Positions 28,701 to 38,773 of a stretch of 64,000 bases of DNA are shown here, one piece after another. Both the position numbers and the translations under genes were made by a program. Position 1 is the first letter of the stretch; each line of letters starts with the position of its first letter. Where the stretch lies: contig JBAZSW010000001.1 of assembly GCA_041662245.1 (NCBI GenBank), positions 119,757 through 183,756 of the forward strand, given 5' to 3'. A model generated the notes under the pieces. The model ran no database searches. It was not told the DNA's origin and worked only from the letters and a program-made list of their open reading frames with translations. The DNA comes from Parcubacteria group bacterium (GTDB taxonomy: Bacteria; Patescibacteriota; Minisyncoccia; Moranbacterales; UBA9337).

Positions 28701-29681
28701 TGTGTGAGTATTTCCAGTAAGAATTCCTATATTATTGCCGTAGATAGTATTATTATATACTGATGCATTATTTGCTCCCGGAGTAGAATAAATTCCATAG
28801 CTAGTTGTTTCGTTAAATCCATAAATAATATTATTCCATATTTTTAGATTTGTTCTAACCGTATTGCAGCGAATGCCGTAGATGTTAGTATTGTAAGCAC
28901 TAGAAACGTATTTAATAATATTATTTTCTATACTTACATTTGATGCCGCAATATTAACAACTACGTCACCGTTATTTTGCGGAGATAAAGAAATTTGCAA
29001 GCCGGAAATTTTAACATTATTGATATTAATAACGAGGGCGGAATTTAGATTACAAGCTAACCGATATTTTGTTGTATCCCATTTCCCTACCGCTCTTTGT
29101 GAATAGTTACTTTCTGTTAGGGTATTATTGGGTGTATAAATCTTTATATAGTGCGTACTATCGGTCGTGTAGCCATTGACAGTAGTTGCAGTTGTATCTG
29201 CAGAAGAATCATAATAGCATGGAATGTTTAGAATATATCCGTTGCCACTTGTTAAATCGCTTGTCCCAAGAAGAATCGATGCGCTTGCGATAGCAGAGTT
29301 AAGAGAAGTGTAAGTATGTTTAATGGAAGTGACACTTGCGGAGCTGACATCAGCTGGTGTCATACCAGTTGCTGTTATGACATTCCAAACACTGGTAGAG
29401 GTTTTGGATGCAATGTAATAAAGAATCGAATCAGCTGAAATAACATCTCCTACGCCGATATTTCCGGTTTGAGCAAAATTGAAAGTAGCTACACCAGAAG
29501 AAATTGATACTGTACAATTTCCGCCAACTGAACAAGTCTGGGCACTGTCATTAATAGAGAGATCAGCTGTTGACTGCCCAACACTATAGTAAACATTGGA
29601 AGTGGCCGATGCAAAAGAAGCGAAAGAGAGTCCGATAAAAAAGAATAACAAAATTATGATTAGTTTGAAATATTTGATCAT
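25728..29681 (-). CDS. Large secreted protein: parallel beta-helix, Ig-like repeats, cohesin domain
   Basis: Signal peptide; N-rich beta-helix (IWNNIIY, VYNNTIYGN, IKNNISY) with WDIGADE; duplicated YTIGG..SGL...LQNN..D.LTLTA..SF modules; cohesin-like LYLDPS...AAVELHVTFDSSKF...VVATFIFHA (~27430-27865). Confidence 0.8.
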   Translation of the reverse strand: MIKYFKLIIILLFFFIGLSFASFASATSNVYYSVGQSTADLSINDSAQTCSVGGNCTVSISSGVATFNFAQTGNIGVGDVISADSILYYIASKTSTSVWNVITATGMTPADVSSASVTSIKHTYTSLNSAIASASILLGTSDLTSGNGYILNIPCYYDSSADTTATTVNGYTTDSTHYIKIYTPNNTLTESNYSQRAVGKWDTTKYRLACNLNSALVININNVKISGLQISLSPQNNGDVVVNIAASNVSIENNIIKYVSSAYNTNIYGIRCNTVRTNLKIWNNIIYGFNETTSYGIYSTPGANNASVYNNTIYGNNIGILTGNTHTLIKNNISYNNAIDYSGTFVATSTNNLSKDATAPAFNTYYRNKTLTFVNTTAGIEKLHLISTDNDAIDKGADLSDDSNISFSNDIDGDSRPDNTWDIGADEYYPTIPDTTPPVITNFVIPATSNSLNVSPITFAASDDVAVTEYCISETNDSDTCTWSATIPSSHLFSSEGNKILYAFARDESNNISTNFNDSVIITLLTYTIGGTLSGLDGSVILQNNGGDNLTLTADDSFDFVTALHDGSSYNVTVYDQPDGQICAVTNGSGTVSSANVSNIIVNCADGILYLDPSIGTVDIGSDIIITAKIDPGSNEVAAVELHVTFDSSKFSLSSIDTIETSGCSTDPELSVVLEEASIDNINGTASIIVGVCTNNPTKYITTDSVVATFIFHAISIATDSEIVIDSISQASANNETTNVVAVRNSASVTVTDVIDIIAPNGYSINFDTQYINVGNTTVASFSFTSAEVGTTYNYSIDDTNSTTSAVTGTGIIATSSDKIATIDLSSLNDGLLTLTASLKDSADNWGNDITDTIIKDSSSPNISSFILPANVTSFTVPVDSFIATDNIAITGYCLSEINNSNNCTWSTTIPVSYTFSTEGSKTLYAFTRDMATNISASVNASTIITIPVYTIGGVISGLSESVTLQNNSEDDLTLTANGSFIFATALYSSNNYIITVLTQPTGQTCTVTNGNGTITNSNINNVTVDCVTNPPVISDGSPSEDLDKNITEINLSVTTDKNATCKYATIPNIAYADMPNIFTVTGETTHSVLINNLTDGNTYAYYIRCDDGIGHANTNDYIINFNINPKNIIGVIKIEINKKNIQFKKTIYAWKKNIKIKGTKDTLVNGTIKIYKKSKLWKTIKVGTSGTWSKILKFKENFSGLIKIKRYDKNDNLISTNKAKLKIDTKKPIFNQPFPPILTKKRSDKVTFDATDDNLSHYRIRLLNNQGQVQNNWWQQNKDFYIAPKDIPNGVYILIIRAYDKAGNYTEERTTLKLIN

Positions 29682-29774
29682 AGCTAAGTTTTTTTTAATA
29701 TTCCAATCGTTGATAGTCAATACGTAATCAATTTTAATTTAATTATAAAGATATAAAAATCAAAAGACATTTTA

Positions 29775-32700
29775 TTATTGGCCGAAATTTTGTATAAAAA
29801 GTAATACATCTGAAAGATTGACCGTATTGTCTGAATTTAAATCTCCAGCAATCCCAGTACCAGTCTTTCCGAAATTACCTACAAATATCGCATAATCATA
29901 AATATTAGTTTTGCCATCCCCATTGAGATCACTTGAGGGTGTAATGGGTGAAATTGCTGGCCAGGCTGGCCAATTAGACCAATCACTGGCATTTTCTGCG
30001 CCAGTTGTTCCTCCGTTGCGTTCAATAGTTACTGCTCCACCCGTGCTATCAAATTCAAGAACTCCATTGGCAGTTGTTGAGACAGTAGAAGAATTGCCAG
30101 CCACTGTAACTGTGTAAGTCCCTTCTTGCAAGCCGGTAATAATATGATGAGAGTTATTATTGTCAGCGTATGATAGGGAATATCCAAGACCAGCAACGTC
30201 AGTAAAGATAACCACTGTTGGTTTAGTTGAATCATCAATGTAAGCACCTACGCAGTTTGTTCCTACAATTGTAGATGTATCTGGCATCGTGTCGCTAGTA
30301 CTGGTTGGATATAAAACATTAAGAATATTATCTTTGTTGTTTCCTATATTAGGTCTTACTTCGAACCTCCAGCCACTAGGAATATCATTTGGTTGTTGAG
30401 ACATGGGTCGAATAAAATTATAATTTCCTCGTCCTTCTACCCAAGCTTGATAACCGTTTCCTCCAATTCTTCGAACCTTATAGTCACTGATTGGTAACAA
30501 AATTTTATCGTAAATTCTGGCAGTTCCTTGATCAGCATAAAGCTCAGATGTATCTGATGAGGTGCTAATTCCTTCATCGAGAGTTCCCTCATCTAAGGAC
30601 CATGTTCCATCTGTAGATTGAGGTTGACCAGTAACTACAGGAGGATCAATTAATTTATTATAGGTTCCGGTATGTAACAACCAAGATTTCTGATCATTTC
30701 CATTGATAGCATCCATGCGGTCGTAAACTAATAAATATTTATCATTTAACCATAGATAATCTCTTTTGTAGGAATTTAGTCTTTGAGCAATATTATTATT
30801 TGGTGAGTAGGTGGACCAAGCTGGATAGCAATCATATGCTTTATGAAGATCCATTGAAGCAAAAAGATAATTGTCTTTAGAGTCATCATATGCCAATAAC
30901 TCTCCTCTTGTTAGTTGTTTGCCAATATTTCGAACATCATTCACTGCCTCATATCCAGAAAAGGCTTTAGCATTAGCTCGACCCATGCTGCTAGTGGGTG
31001 GATCAGCTGTTGTAAAATTAAATCTTTGACCCCCGTCGTTCACTGGTCCACCTGATTGATTAACATATTGTCCCTCCGGAAAATTAGGCCATGTTCCACC
31101 ATCTGGGTCTAAAATTAGCATATTATTTCGAGAAACTGTTCTTGTTGTCCATGAAAAATTATAAAGACTTCCTTCGGAATTACCATAATCATAATATGCA
31201 GAAACATTCGCTAGTGGATGGCCGTTTTTCCAAATATAAAAGGATCCTGATTCAAGCGCATTATGAAAATTCCATTCAAAATCAGGAGCAAACATGTGAA
31301 CAACAGTATCATTATTTGTCCAACCAGTACGTGCAACAATGTCTGGTCCCATTTTCTTATATTTTGGAGCGGTGTTTAGCGGTAGATTGGTGACAGTTGG
31401 ATCATACCAAAGCAATTGATAGATTAAAAGTTGATTATTTGGATATCTTAAATAATTTGACCAAGTTGGATTGCCACTCCCATCCACAGTATATTGGCTA
31501 TCAATCCATGATTTAAACCATCCATTTTTATAGTGACCTTCCAGCATGGCCATGGACGACATTTCCAAAGACATTATATTATAATAATTTGCCTCTCCAC
31601 GCGGAATAACTAAATTATCAGGGGTGGTCATATACATAATCCAATAACCGCTTGTTTCAAACTGATGGAGTAACTTATCATCAGCAAACTCGTCAACAGC
31701 TCCATTGGTAGCAGTATTCCATGCTGATGCATAACGACAAAGATGTTGTAGAGGACGACGAGCATACGTTCTAGTTTCAAAAGCCAACGCTCCATCTTCT
31801 ACATCAAGAGAAGATTTAAAATTAAAATATCCCTTTTGCCCCGTGTAACCATCTTGAGCTATTCCTTCAGCCCAGTCCAATAGTTCAACTGCTCTCGGAT
31901 TATCTCCGTAGGTAGCCAAAGCTGCAACTGCAATGCCTGTCCAAGACTGAGTACCATAATTTTGCATATCAGTTAAAACTTCCATATCATTTTTCACACC
32001 ATCTGCATTTGAATTTATGCGATCTATTAAATTTTGTCTCTCAATGGGAGTTAAGCGATCATAAAAATAATCGTATGCTAGAGCATAAGTTTCCATTCCT
32101 ACAGCAGCATATCCAGTGTTTGGAGAATTTTGAGCTGTGATGGCATTGGCTAATTTATTATTAACTTGAGCCATTGCCATATCTGCCCATTGATCACCAT
32201 CTCCAGACAAATATCGAAATGCGCAAAGAGTAACATAATCACGAATATCTTCTATGCTGGAAATATTAGCAGATGCGGAATAAACATTTGCGTAAAGAGC
32301 GTTATATGTATTAGGCATTTGCGTCGTAGCTTTTGTTTTGAGAGCAGTGATATTGTCTGGCGTCATATGAATACGTGGGTGTGTATTTACGATGGGTTGA
32401 AAAGATGGTTTATCTACTGTTAAAATTACTGGAAAACTTTGTTGATAACCGCCTGAACCATTATTCGTATAAAAAGTTACTTTTTCGGATCCGTGCCACG
32501 ATGGATTTTGGGAAAATGAAACAATATGTGTATTTGAATTTATATCAACAACAATATTTGGATGATCATCATTAGAAATAGTAAAAGTCATTCCAGAACT
32601 ATTTGAAAAATAGTCATCCAAATCAAAAGCATTTGTTTTATTATTTCCCTCATTCCATCTTTGATTGGGAATAGATATATAATTAACAACCTTTAAGATA

Positions 32701-34931
32701 ATAGTATTTGAAACGGTGGTTGCAAAATCATCGGAAGCATTAAAAGTAACCGTCTCAGTTCCAAACCAACCGTTTTCTGGTATAAACGTTGGCTTATTGT
32801 CACTATCAATTGAAACTGAAATATGGGGACAATTTGTAATATCAACAGCATAGGTTAAATTATCAAGTGAATTTTGATCATGAAAATAATCATCCAAATC
32901 AAATGGTTTAGTATTAGTTTGATTAGTCATCCAAGTTTGATTTGGAATAAAGGAAGGATGATACGTAACTGTTAATTCTGGACGAGTACTCCCACCTGAA
33001 GTAGTTTTTCGAGCACCTGAAAATTTTTTCCAGTTCTCTATAGTATTTTGTTCAGTAGTTGCTTTAATAATTCCTCCATAGTTGCTTCCTGGGTTATCTA
33101 GCCAATATTGTATTAAATTTGTCACATCGAAGTCATACCAAGTATTCGTTGATGAGATTATTTTATTAGCATATTCGGTAAGATCCCAATCGCCTCCCAG
33201 CGCACTCCATTGAATGTCATTGAGTTTTGCCCAAGTCCAGTTTACTTCACCATCTGCCGCAGATTGATCTATATAAGAAGCTTTTCGGTCGGCTGCCCCC
33301 CAATCTTTAGTTAATCTATATAAGGAAGTTGATAAATTACTACCGTTAGCAGCGCCTTCATCATAAAGCGATAATTGGGCTGAATCAACCGTGACAGATT
33401 CTCCCGGAGGCACCCACGCATCAGTATCAAATTTCCAAAGAAGTCGAAATTGTTGTTTTAAATATCGATCACCAGTAAAAAGTTGTTGATATCTATAGGT
33501 TGTGCCTCCTGCGGAAAATCTTGGATCGACGAAAGCGCCCGTAATTGAATTAGCATCGGATCCGTCGTAACTGGCAGTTGGATAAAATCCATTTTTAAAT
33601 TTAACTGTGGCCTTTCTTTCGGGCGGAGAATTAAAATCTGCCGTGTTGTTTATTGTCAAATGGATAGAATTGCTTAGTTGTTTAAATCCATTTTCATCAC
33701 AAGAAAATACAACAGCTTCTTGGCCGATATAATTAGTTGGTTGGGAAAAAGAAACTTCATGCGTAATGGGATCTATAGATACTTCAATGTTCGGGTTATC
33801 TATTGTAGAGGCCGATGGTGTAACACAAGATTGTAAATAATCATCCAAATCAAAAGTGTTTGTTTTTGTCGTATTTACATCCCAAGATTGATCTGAAATC
33901 GTGACTGTGCGATAAACTTTAAGCGTAATTTGATTAATGTCTATGGATTGTCCTCCGGCAGTACCAGTAAAAGTTATTGTTTCTGTCCCATACCAATTTG
34001 ATTCGGGAGAAAAAGTGACAACATGTGTTGTTGGGTTAATTGAAGTAGTTATGTGTGTCGGTGTGTCAGAACTTTTAATAGCATAAGTAAAAGTATCTCC
34101 ATCAGCGTCATAAAAGTAATTATCCAGATCAATAGTATTTAATGGGGAGCTATTCCAAGCCCATTCTATGTTGGGAATGATTGAAGGTTGCGCTACAACT
34201 GTTAATTTAGGAACATAAATCGTGGGCTGAATAACTGTTCGAAATAATTTAAGATTATTGCTTGCAGGAGATTCTGTATCGGGCTTGATAATTATTCCAT
34301 AATTTTCGGAAGGATGATTCGCCCAATATTGAACGGCATTGATCACATTAAAATTAAAAATTCCAACACCCGTGAGTGTTTTAGAATCTTCGGCTGTTAC
34401 ATTGTAATCGCCACCGCCAGTTCCCCAGTTTATTGTGCCGTATTTTGCTGAATTCCAACACACTTTTTCTGGTTGGGCAAGGGCGTCTCCAACAGCAAAA
34501 TTAACACCATAAGTTTTGTAGGGTCCCCAATCAGTTGTAATGCGATAGGCTGAAACTGGAAGTGCTCCTGGATTAATATCTGTATCTACATACATCTGAA
34601 GATTGGCCGATACTACAGTGGGATTTCCTAGTATATAATCTGAAAAATTATCAAATTTAACAAGGGTTCTATGATTTTCTCCGTTATATCCGATGTAGGC
34701 GCGTTGGTAAGTAAAGTTTGCATGCCCAGTGCTATCAGCAATGGAATTTGAATATCCCCCTTCATAACTTGTAGTGGGATAAATTTTATCTTGTAAAACT
34801 ATCGTCTGTTGTAATATTGGAGCGACAGCAACACAAGTAAGTGGAGATAAAAATAAAAAAGCTATCAGTAGAATAATTTTGTTTGTTAAAATGAATTTGG
34901 CAAATTTTAATTGCCGAAGAAGGAATTGCAT
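29775..34931 (-). CDS. Large secreted protein: 2 DNRLRE-like domains, Ig/cadherin-like repeats, heparinase II/III-like lyase region, C-terminal dockerin
   Basis: RTLVKFD...SANLQMY...NYGIIIK...PKLTV modules; four DLDDYF-type repeats; HPRI...(alpha/alpha) region...ARTGW...H...GSFYI...LLVYDR...WLLH; DLNGDGKTNIYDYAIFVGNFG...DLNSDNTVNLSDVLLFIQNFG. Confidence 0.8.
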   Translation of the reverse strand: MQFLLRQLKFAKFILTNKIILLIAFLFLSPLTCVAVAPILQQTIVLQDKIYPTTSYEGGYSNSIADSTGHANFTYQRAYIGYNGENHRTLVKFDNFSDYILGNPTVVSANLQMYVDTDINPGALPVSAYRITTDWGPYKTYGVNFAVGDALAQPEKVCWNSAKYGTINWGTGGGDYNVTAEDSKTLTGVGIFNFNVINAVQYWANHPSENYGIIIKPDTESPASNNLKLFRTVIQPTIYVPKLTVVAQPSIIPNIEWAWNSSPLNTIDLDNYFYDADGDTFTYAIKSSDTPTHITTSINPTTHVVTFSPESNWYGTETITFTGTAGGQSIDINQITLKVYRTVTISDQSWDVNTTKTNTFDLDDYLQSCVTPSASTIDNPNIEVSIDPITHEVSFSQPTNYIGQEAVVFSCDENGFKQLSNSIHLTINNTADFNSPPERKATVKFKNGFYPTASYDGSDANSITGAFVDPRFSAGGTTYRYQQLFTGDRYLKQQFRLLWKFDTDAWVPPGESVTVDSAQLSLYDEGAANGSNLSTSLYRLTKDWGAADRKASYIDQSAADGEVNWTWAKLNDIQWSALGGDWDLTEYANKIISSTNTWYDFDVTNLIQYWLDNPGSNYGGIIKATTEQNTIENWKKFSGARKTTSGGSTRPELTVTYHPSFIPNQTWMTNQTNTKPFDLDDYFHDQNSLDNLTYAVDITNCPHISVSIDSDNKPTFIPENGWFGTETVTFNASDDFATTVSNTIILKVVNYISIPNQRWNEGNNKTNAFDLDDYFSNSSGMTFTISNDDHPNIVVDINSNTHIVSFSQNPSWHGSEKVTFYTNNGSGGYQQSFPVILTVDKPSFQPIVNTHPRIHMTPDNITALKTKATTQMPNTYNALYANVYSASANISSIEDIRDYVTLCAFRYLSGDGDQWADMAMAQVNNKLANAITAQNSPNTGYAAVGMETYALAYDYFYDRLTPIERQNLIDRINSNADGVKNDMEVLTDMQNYGTQSWTGIAVAALATYGDNPRAVELLDWAEGIAQDGYTGQKGYFNFKSSLDVEDGALAFETRTYARRPLQHLCRYASAWNTATNGAVDEFADDKLLHQFETSGYWIMYMTTPDNLVIPRGEANYYNIMSLEMSSMAMLEGHYKNGWFKSWIDSQYTVDGSGNPTWSNYLRYPNNQLLIYQLLWYDPTVTNLPLNTAPKYKKMGPDIVARTGWTNNDTVVHMFAPDFEWNFHNALESGSFYIWKNGHPLANVSAYYDYGNSEGSLYNFSWTTRTVSRNNMLILDPDGGTWPNFPEGQYVNQSGGPVNDGGQRFNFTTADPPTSSMGRANAKAFSGYEAVNDVRNIGKQLTRGELLAYDDSKDNYLFASMDLHKAYDCYPAWSTYSPNNNIAQRLNSYKRDYLWLNDKYLLVYDRMDAINGNDQKSWLLHTGTYNKLIDPPVVTGQPQSTDGTWSLDEGTLDEGISTSSDTSELYADQGTARIYDKILLPISDYKVRRIGGNGYQAWVEGRGNYNFIRPMSQQPNDIPSGWRFEVRPNIGNNKDNILNVLYPTSTSDTMPDTSTIVGTNCVGAYIDDSTKPTVVIFTDVAGLGYSLSYADNNNSHHIITGLQEGTYTVTVAGNSSTVSTTANGVLEFDSTGGAVTIERNGGTTGAENASDWSNWPAWPAISPITPSSDLNGDGKTNIYDYAIFVGNFGKTGTGIAGDLNSDNTVNLSDVLLFIQNFGQ

Positions 34932-35295
34932 TATATTAAAGATAATTATATAAATTTAACTCTATATGATATGGTTATGTATTTTTTTTAGATTTAGGTT
35001 AATAAAATTATATCATAATTTATTAGACATAAAAAGTGTATATGCAGTCGATATATAAGAATATTGTTCGCTGGGCTAGATATAATCATTGTCGACTATG
35101 TAGCTACTGTTTAGCGTCAATTGGATATCGTATAAATCCTTGCCTAATAGCACTTATGTCTGCTAGAATAAAAAACCATCCTGAATCTAGGCTGGAGCAA
35201 TTGTTCATTGAAATAAGTTTAATGTTTGTGTATTTTTCCTAGAATAAATTGACATAAGTCAACTCAACAACATTATCAGGGAGGCTAAGATTATT

Positions 35296-36000
35296 ATGAC
35301 TAAGAAAAAATTAGAACTCACCACGGTATATGATTTCGTGACTAGCGGAACTACAAGCAGAAGTCATTTGAATTCGGTAGAATGGTTCGCTCTTGTCAAA
35401 GATTCTTTGAATGCTTGTGCAATTATTTTGCCCAAGGTGGCCGAAAATAACAGCGACTCAAGAGGTTTTAAATCTATCCTGAATCATTCGGTCAAAGGTG
35501 GACACAGCAATGAAAAAAGACTTACGCCAAAAGAAGTTGCTGACACTCTACCTAAATCATTGTTTATAAATGATAGGTGGATTTTTATGCCAATAAAGAT
35601 CCTGTCCACCAGTGAGGAAAAAGGTCAATTTTTCGAAAGGCAACTATTCATTTTGGCGGATTGTGCACTTCTGGTTATCGTGGACACGTTTTTTCGCAAA
35701 GAACCTCACCCAGATCAGCGATTAAAGTATGATCCTCCTTTGATTAACGAAAATGTGGTCGGATGTAAAATATCGGCCGCTTCTGAAAAGTTCGGCATAA
35801 CGAATACCGGTTTTGAAGAGACAATTATGCCATATTTCGAAGACCCTGTATTAAAATTGGGAGAGTATATAATTGATCATTTTCTCAACAGTGCCATCAC
35901 TGGGTTAAGAAAGTCCAAAGAAGAAGTGGCCAAGATAGAAGCGGACATGAAACCGTTTTTGGACATTCGGACCCGCTTGGGCATCTGGAATCATCTGTAA
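35296..36000 (+). CDS. Hypothetical protein
   Basis: 234-aa ORF with SD GGGAGG. Confidence 0.7.
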   Translation: MTKKKLELTTVYDFVTSGTTSRSHLNSVEWFALVKDSLNACAIILPKVAENNSDSRGFKSILNHSVKGGHSNEKRLTPKEVADTLPKSLFINDRWIFMPIKILSTSEEKGQFFERQLFILADCALLVIVDTFFRKEPHPDQRLKYDPPLINENVVGCKISAASEKFGITNTGFEETIMPYFEDPVLKLGEYIIDHFLNSAITGLRKSKEEVAKIEADMKPFLDIRTRLGIWNHL

Positions 36001-36062
36001 TTCTCTTAAATATGAAATAAATATTGAAATTCTAAATTCAATAGTATTAAGGGAGAACTTTT

Positions 36063-36260
36063 ATGAGCAAAAAATGGGAGGTTCAAAAAATATTCACCCT
36101 TAGATCCGGAGAGCTAGTTAAAACTTTGCCGAAAGGATTAACCGGAAAGGCAGAAGGAAAATACCTAATTATCAAGGTGCCTCGCTACCCGCACAAACTT
36201 AATGGTGTTTATATGGATTGGTGCAGGAGTGTAGGTATTACCAACGGATTTAGTTTGTGA
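36063..36260 (+). CDS. Small hypothetical protein
   Basis: 65 aa, SD AAGGGAG, followed by a hairpin and U-tract (~36280-36310). Confidence 0.55.
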   Translation: MSKKWEVQKIFTLRSGELVKTLPKGLTGKAEGKYLIIKVPRYPHKLNGVYMDWCRSVGITNGFSL

Positions 36261-36515
36261 TGTAAGTCCTAAATCATTAATTGCCTCAGGACAGCGAGGC
36301 AATTTTTTTATTTAGTAAAATAACTTTAATAATATTTATCTCTTTTGAATAAAAATAAAATATTCCTTTTTTAATCAATTGATTGACATTTGTGGCAATA
36401 TTTGTTTTGATTATGTAAGGCTCTTTGGATATAAGTTTATTTCAGAGAGTTGAGTTATTTTGAAAATATGATTACTTTTTTTTCTTTAAAATTACTCTTA
36501 ACTAAGGGGAATGCT

Positions 36516-37217
36516 ATGAACAAGAATAAAGTAGAAAAAGCTTTTGGAAGAAAAAAAGCATTTTTTCCTGTTATCCATGTTGCAAATGAAGGACAAGCTC
36601 TGCGAAATGTCGCGGTGGCCGTCAAAGCGAAGGCAGATGGAATATTCCTTATCAATCACACCATTAGAGCAATAAAATTGATTGAAATTTTTTTGATTAT
36701 AAAAAAGGAGTTTCCAACTTTATGGATAGGTATCAACTTTCTTGATCTTTATAATTATCAGGCAGCAGAACAGGTCGTCAAAATTGGAGCAGACGGTCTG
36801 TGGACGGATAATGCGGGAGTGTCCGAGGTAGCGATTGAAAGACCTATAATTCGAGATGAATTATTGGGTAAATGGAGTGGGCTTTATTTTGGAGGAGTAG
36901 CTTTTAAATATCAAGAAGAGATTCGAGATGTCGCTACTGTGGCTAAACTATCCTTAGATGTAGTTGACGTTGTTACCACCAGTGGTACACAAACTGGTTT
37001 GGCTCCTCAGATAGATAAAATTTCAACTATAAGAGAGGCTATCGGGGATAATTTTCCTATGGCTATTGCTAGTGGCATAGCAATTGAAAATGTTGAAAGC
37101 TTTCTTCCGTTTTGTGATTGCTTTCTTGTTGCTACGGGAATAAGTTTCAGTCATACCGAGCTTGATGCGGAGAAAACTTGGTTGCTTTCCAATTTAATTC
37201 ATAATTGGAAATTGTAA
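36516..37217 (+). CDS. BtpA/SgcQ-family TIM-barrel protein
   Basis: FFPVIHV, ADGIFLINH, WIGINFL, YFGGVAFKYQ, TTSGTQTG, IASGI, FLVAT; ATG 36516 has an SD. Confidence 0.7.
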   Translation: MNKNKVEKAFGRKKAFFPVIHVANEGQALRNVAVAVKAKADGIFLINHTIRAIKLIEIFLIIKKEFPTLWIGINFLDLYNYQAAEQVVKIGADGLWTDNAGVSEVAIERPIIRDELLGKWSGLYFGGVAFKYQEEIRDVATVAKLSLDVVDVVTTSGTQTGLAPQIDKISTIREAIGDNFPMAIASGIAIENVESFLPFCDCFLVATGISFSHTELDAEKTWLLSNLIHNWKL

Positions 37218-37251
37218 ACGAGGTCGTCTAATAAGAATGGAGGAGATATAA

Positions 37252-37818
37252 ATGAAAATAGTTTATTTAATATCCGGTCCTCGTGGGTCAGGTAAATCTA
37301 CTTTTGCAGAAATGATTAAAAAAAATAACCCAGAGGTAGCAGTAATCAATGAGGACGAAATTAAATTGGCACATTTCGGATCTATATATTTGGATTCGGA
37401 TGCAGGAGATCATATATTTGCCAGGTATCTTCTCGAGCAGGAAATTAAAAAAACAGTGGAATCCGCTGGCAATTCTGCTAAGATTATTCTTGATGTTTGG
37501 AATGGTTTTTCTGGTAGTCGATCAAAAATCATTCGTTTTCTTAGGCGTCTTGAAGTGGAATGTATAATTTGTTGGTATTTCATAGTACCACTCAACATTT
37601 GTTTACAGTGGTTTAGAACGAAAAAAGATTGTGATAAATATAGTGACGCTATGGTAATAGGGGATTATAATCTTTTTCATAAAGAAGCTGATGATATACG
37701 GTCTTGGAAAGATGAATTAATAGAAGATTGGAGCTATTATTCATTGGAGGGAAGATTTGATGGGGTATATTTTATTAATCCAGCACAACAAACGTTATCG
37801 GGATTTGCCTTAATTTAG
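37252..37818 (+). CDS. P-loop kinase (AAA_33 / polynucleotide-kinase-like)
   Basis: YLISGPRGSGKSTFA, INEDEIK, IILD; SD GGAGG. Confidence 0.75.
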   Translation: MKIVYLISGPRGSGKSTFAEMIKKNNPEVAVINEDEIKLAHFGSIYLDSDAGDHIFARYLLEQEIKKTVESAGNSAKIILDVWNGFSGSRSKIIRFLRRLEVECIICWYFIVPLNICLQWFRTKKDCDKYSDAMVIGDYNLFHKEADDIRSWKDELIEDWSYYSLEGRFDGVYFINPAQQTLSGFALI

Positions 37819-37852
37819 GCGAATATAAGATTAATAATCATAGGAGCTAGAT

Positions 37853-38065
37853 ATGACAAAAAAGCTAACAAGGGCGGAAGTTTTTGGAATAAACTGTGCT
37901 GATGTCATTATGGAAGCGGCACATATGCGATATAATGCCCCTAGTGGAAAATCGATAGTGGCATCTTGTATAAAAAGACTGCAGGAAAGAATTGATGAGC
38001 TTCAATCTGTCTCGGCTAAACCAGCATATAAAAAAGCCAGATATGGCAAAAAAGACGAAGAATAA
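37853..38065 (+). CDS. Small hypothetical protein
   Basis: 70 aa, SD AGGAG, hairpin downstream. Confidence 0.6.
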   Translation: MTKKLTRAEVFGINCADVIMEAAHMRYNAPSGKSIVASCIKRLQERIDELQSVSAKPAYKKARYGKKDEE

Positions 38066-38144
38066 TAGTGCAGAAAAAATGAGCCACTGGCGAATGCCCG
38101 TGGCTCTATCTTGTTAACAAACATCTTTAATAATATTTATTTTT

Positions 38145-38188
38145 TTGACAAATATTTATATTTGAGATATACTTGATATGTTAAGTAT
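38145..38188 (+). promoter_or_regulatory. Sigma70 promoter with overlapping imperfect palindrome (probable MarR operator)
   Basis: TTGACA-17-TATACT; ATACTT-N8-AAGTAT at 38169-38188. Confidence 0.7.
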
Positions 38189-38203
38189 TAATCAAATAAT
38201 TTT

Positions 38204-38635
38204 ATGAAACAAATAATCAATCCTTCCGTTAAATTTTTCATAGATTTAGCCAAAGTTCAAGCTATCTCTAGTCGACGTTTCGACAATAGTTTAGGCGGAC
38301 TGGGGTTTAATGAATTTATAATCCTCTATCATTTAAGCCAAGCGGAAAATGAAAAAATGCGCAGAATTGATCTAGCGGATAAAATTGGATTAACTGCTTC
38401 AGGAGTTACTCGGATACTTCTTCCAATGGAAAAAGTCGGCCTGATAAAAAAAGAAGTAAATAAAGATGATGCTAGAAGTAGCTTGGTAATAATTGCTTCT
38501 GGAGGAAAGCGGAGATTGCTTGAAGGCTTAGAAAGATCTGAACTTTTAGTAGAAGAAATTATTTCAAGTAAAAATAAATCTAAAATAAAACAATCTTTAA
38601 AATTTTTAACAGAACTTAGTAAGGATATTAGATGA
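38204..38635 (+). CDS. MarR family transcriptional regulator
   Basis: RRIDLADKIGLTASGVTRILLPMEKVGLI...DARSS. Confidence 0.9.
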   Translation: MKQIINPSVKFFIDLAKVQAISSRRFDNSLGGLGFNEFIILYHLSQAENEKMRRIDLADKIGLTASGVTRILLPMEKVGLIKKEVNKDDARSSLVIIASGGKRRLLEGLERSELLVEEIISSKNKSKIKQSLKFLTELSKDIR

Positions 38636-38773
38636 TTTTCTGATTGACGAATATGCCGAATGTAGCTTAAAGCAATGTATCTAAAGTGTTGTTTTCTGAT
38701 GTTTTAAATATCTTAAAAATTTGTTGCAATATAAAAGACACTATCTGTTATAATAGTGTCTTTTAAATTTAAT

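Noticed and set aside
26449-32575. Multiple short opposite-strand or alternate-frame ORFs within the two giant genes
   Set aside because: Shadows of long coding regions
35036-35242. 68-aa ORF in a divergent intergenic region
   Set aside because: GTG start, no SD, overlaps probable promoter sequences; unsupported
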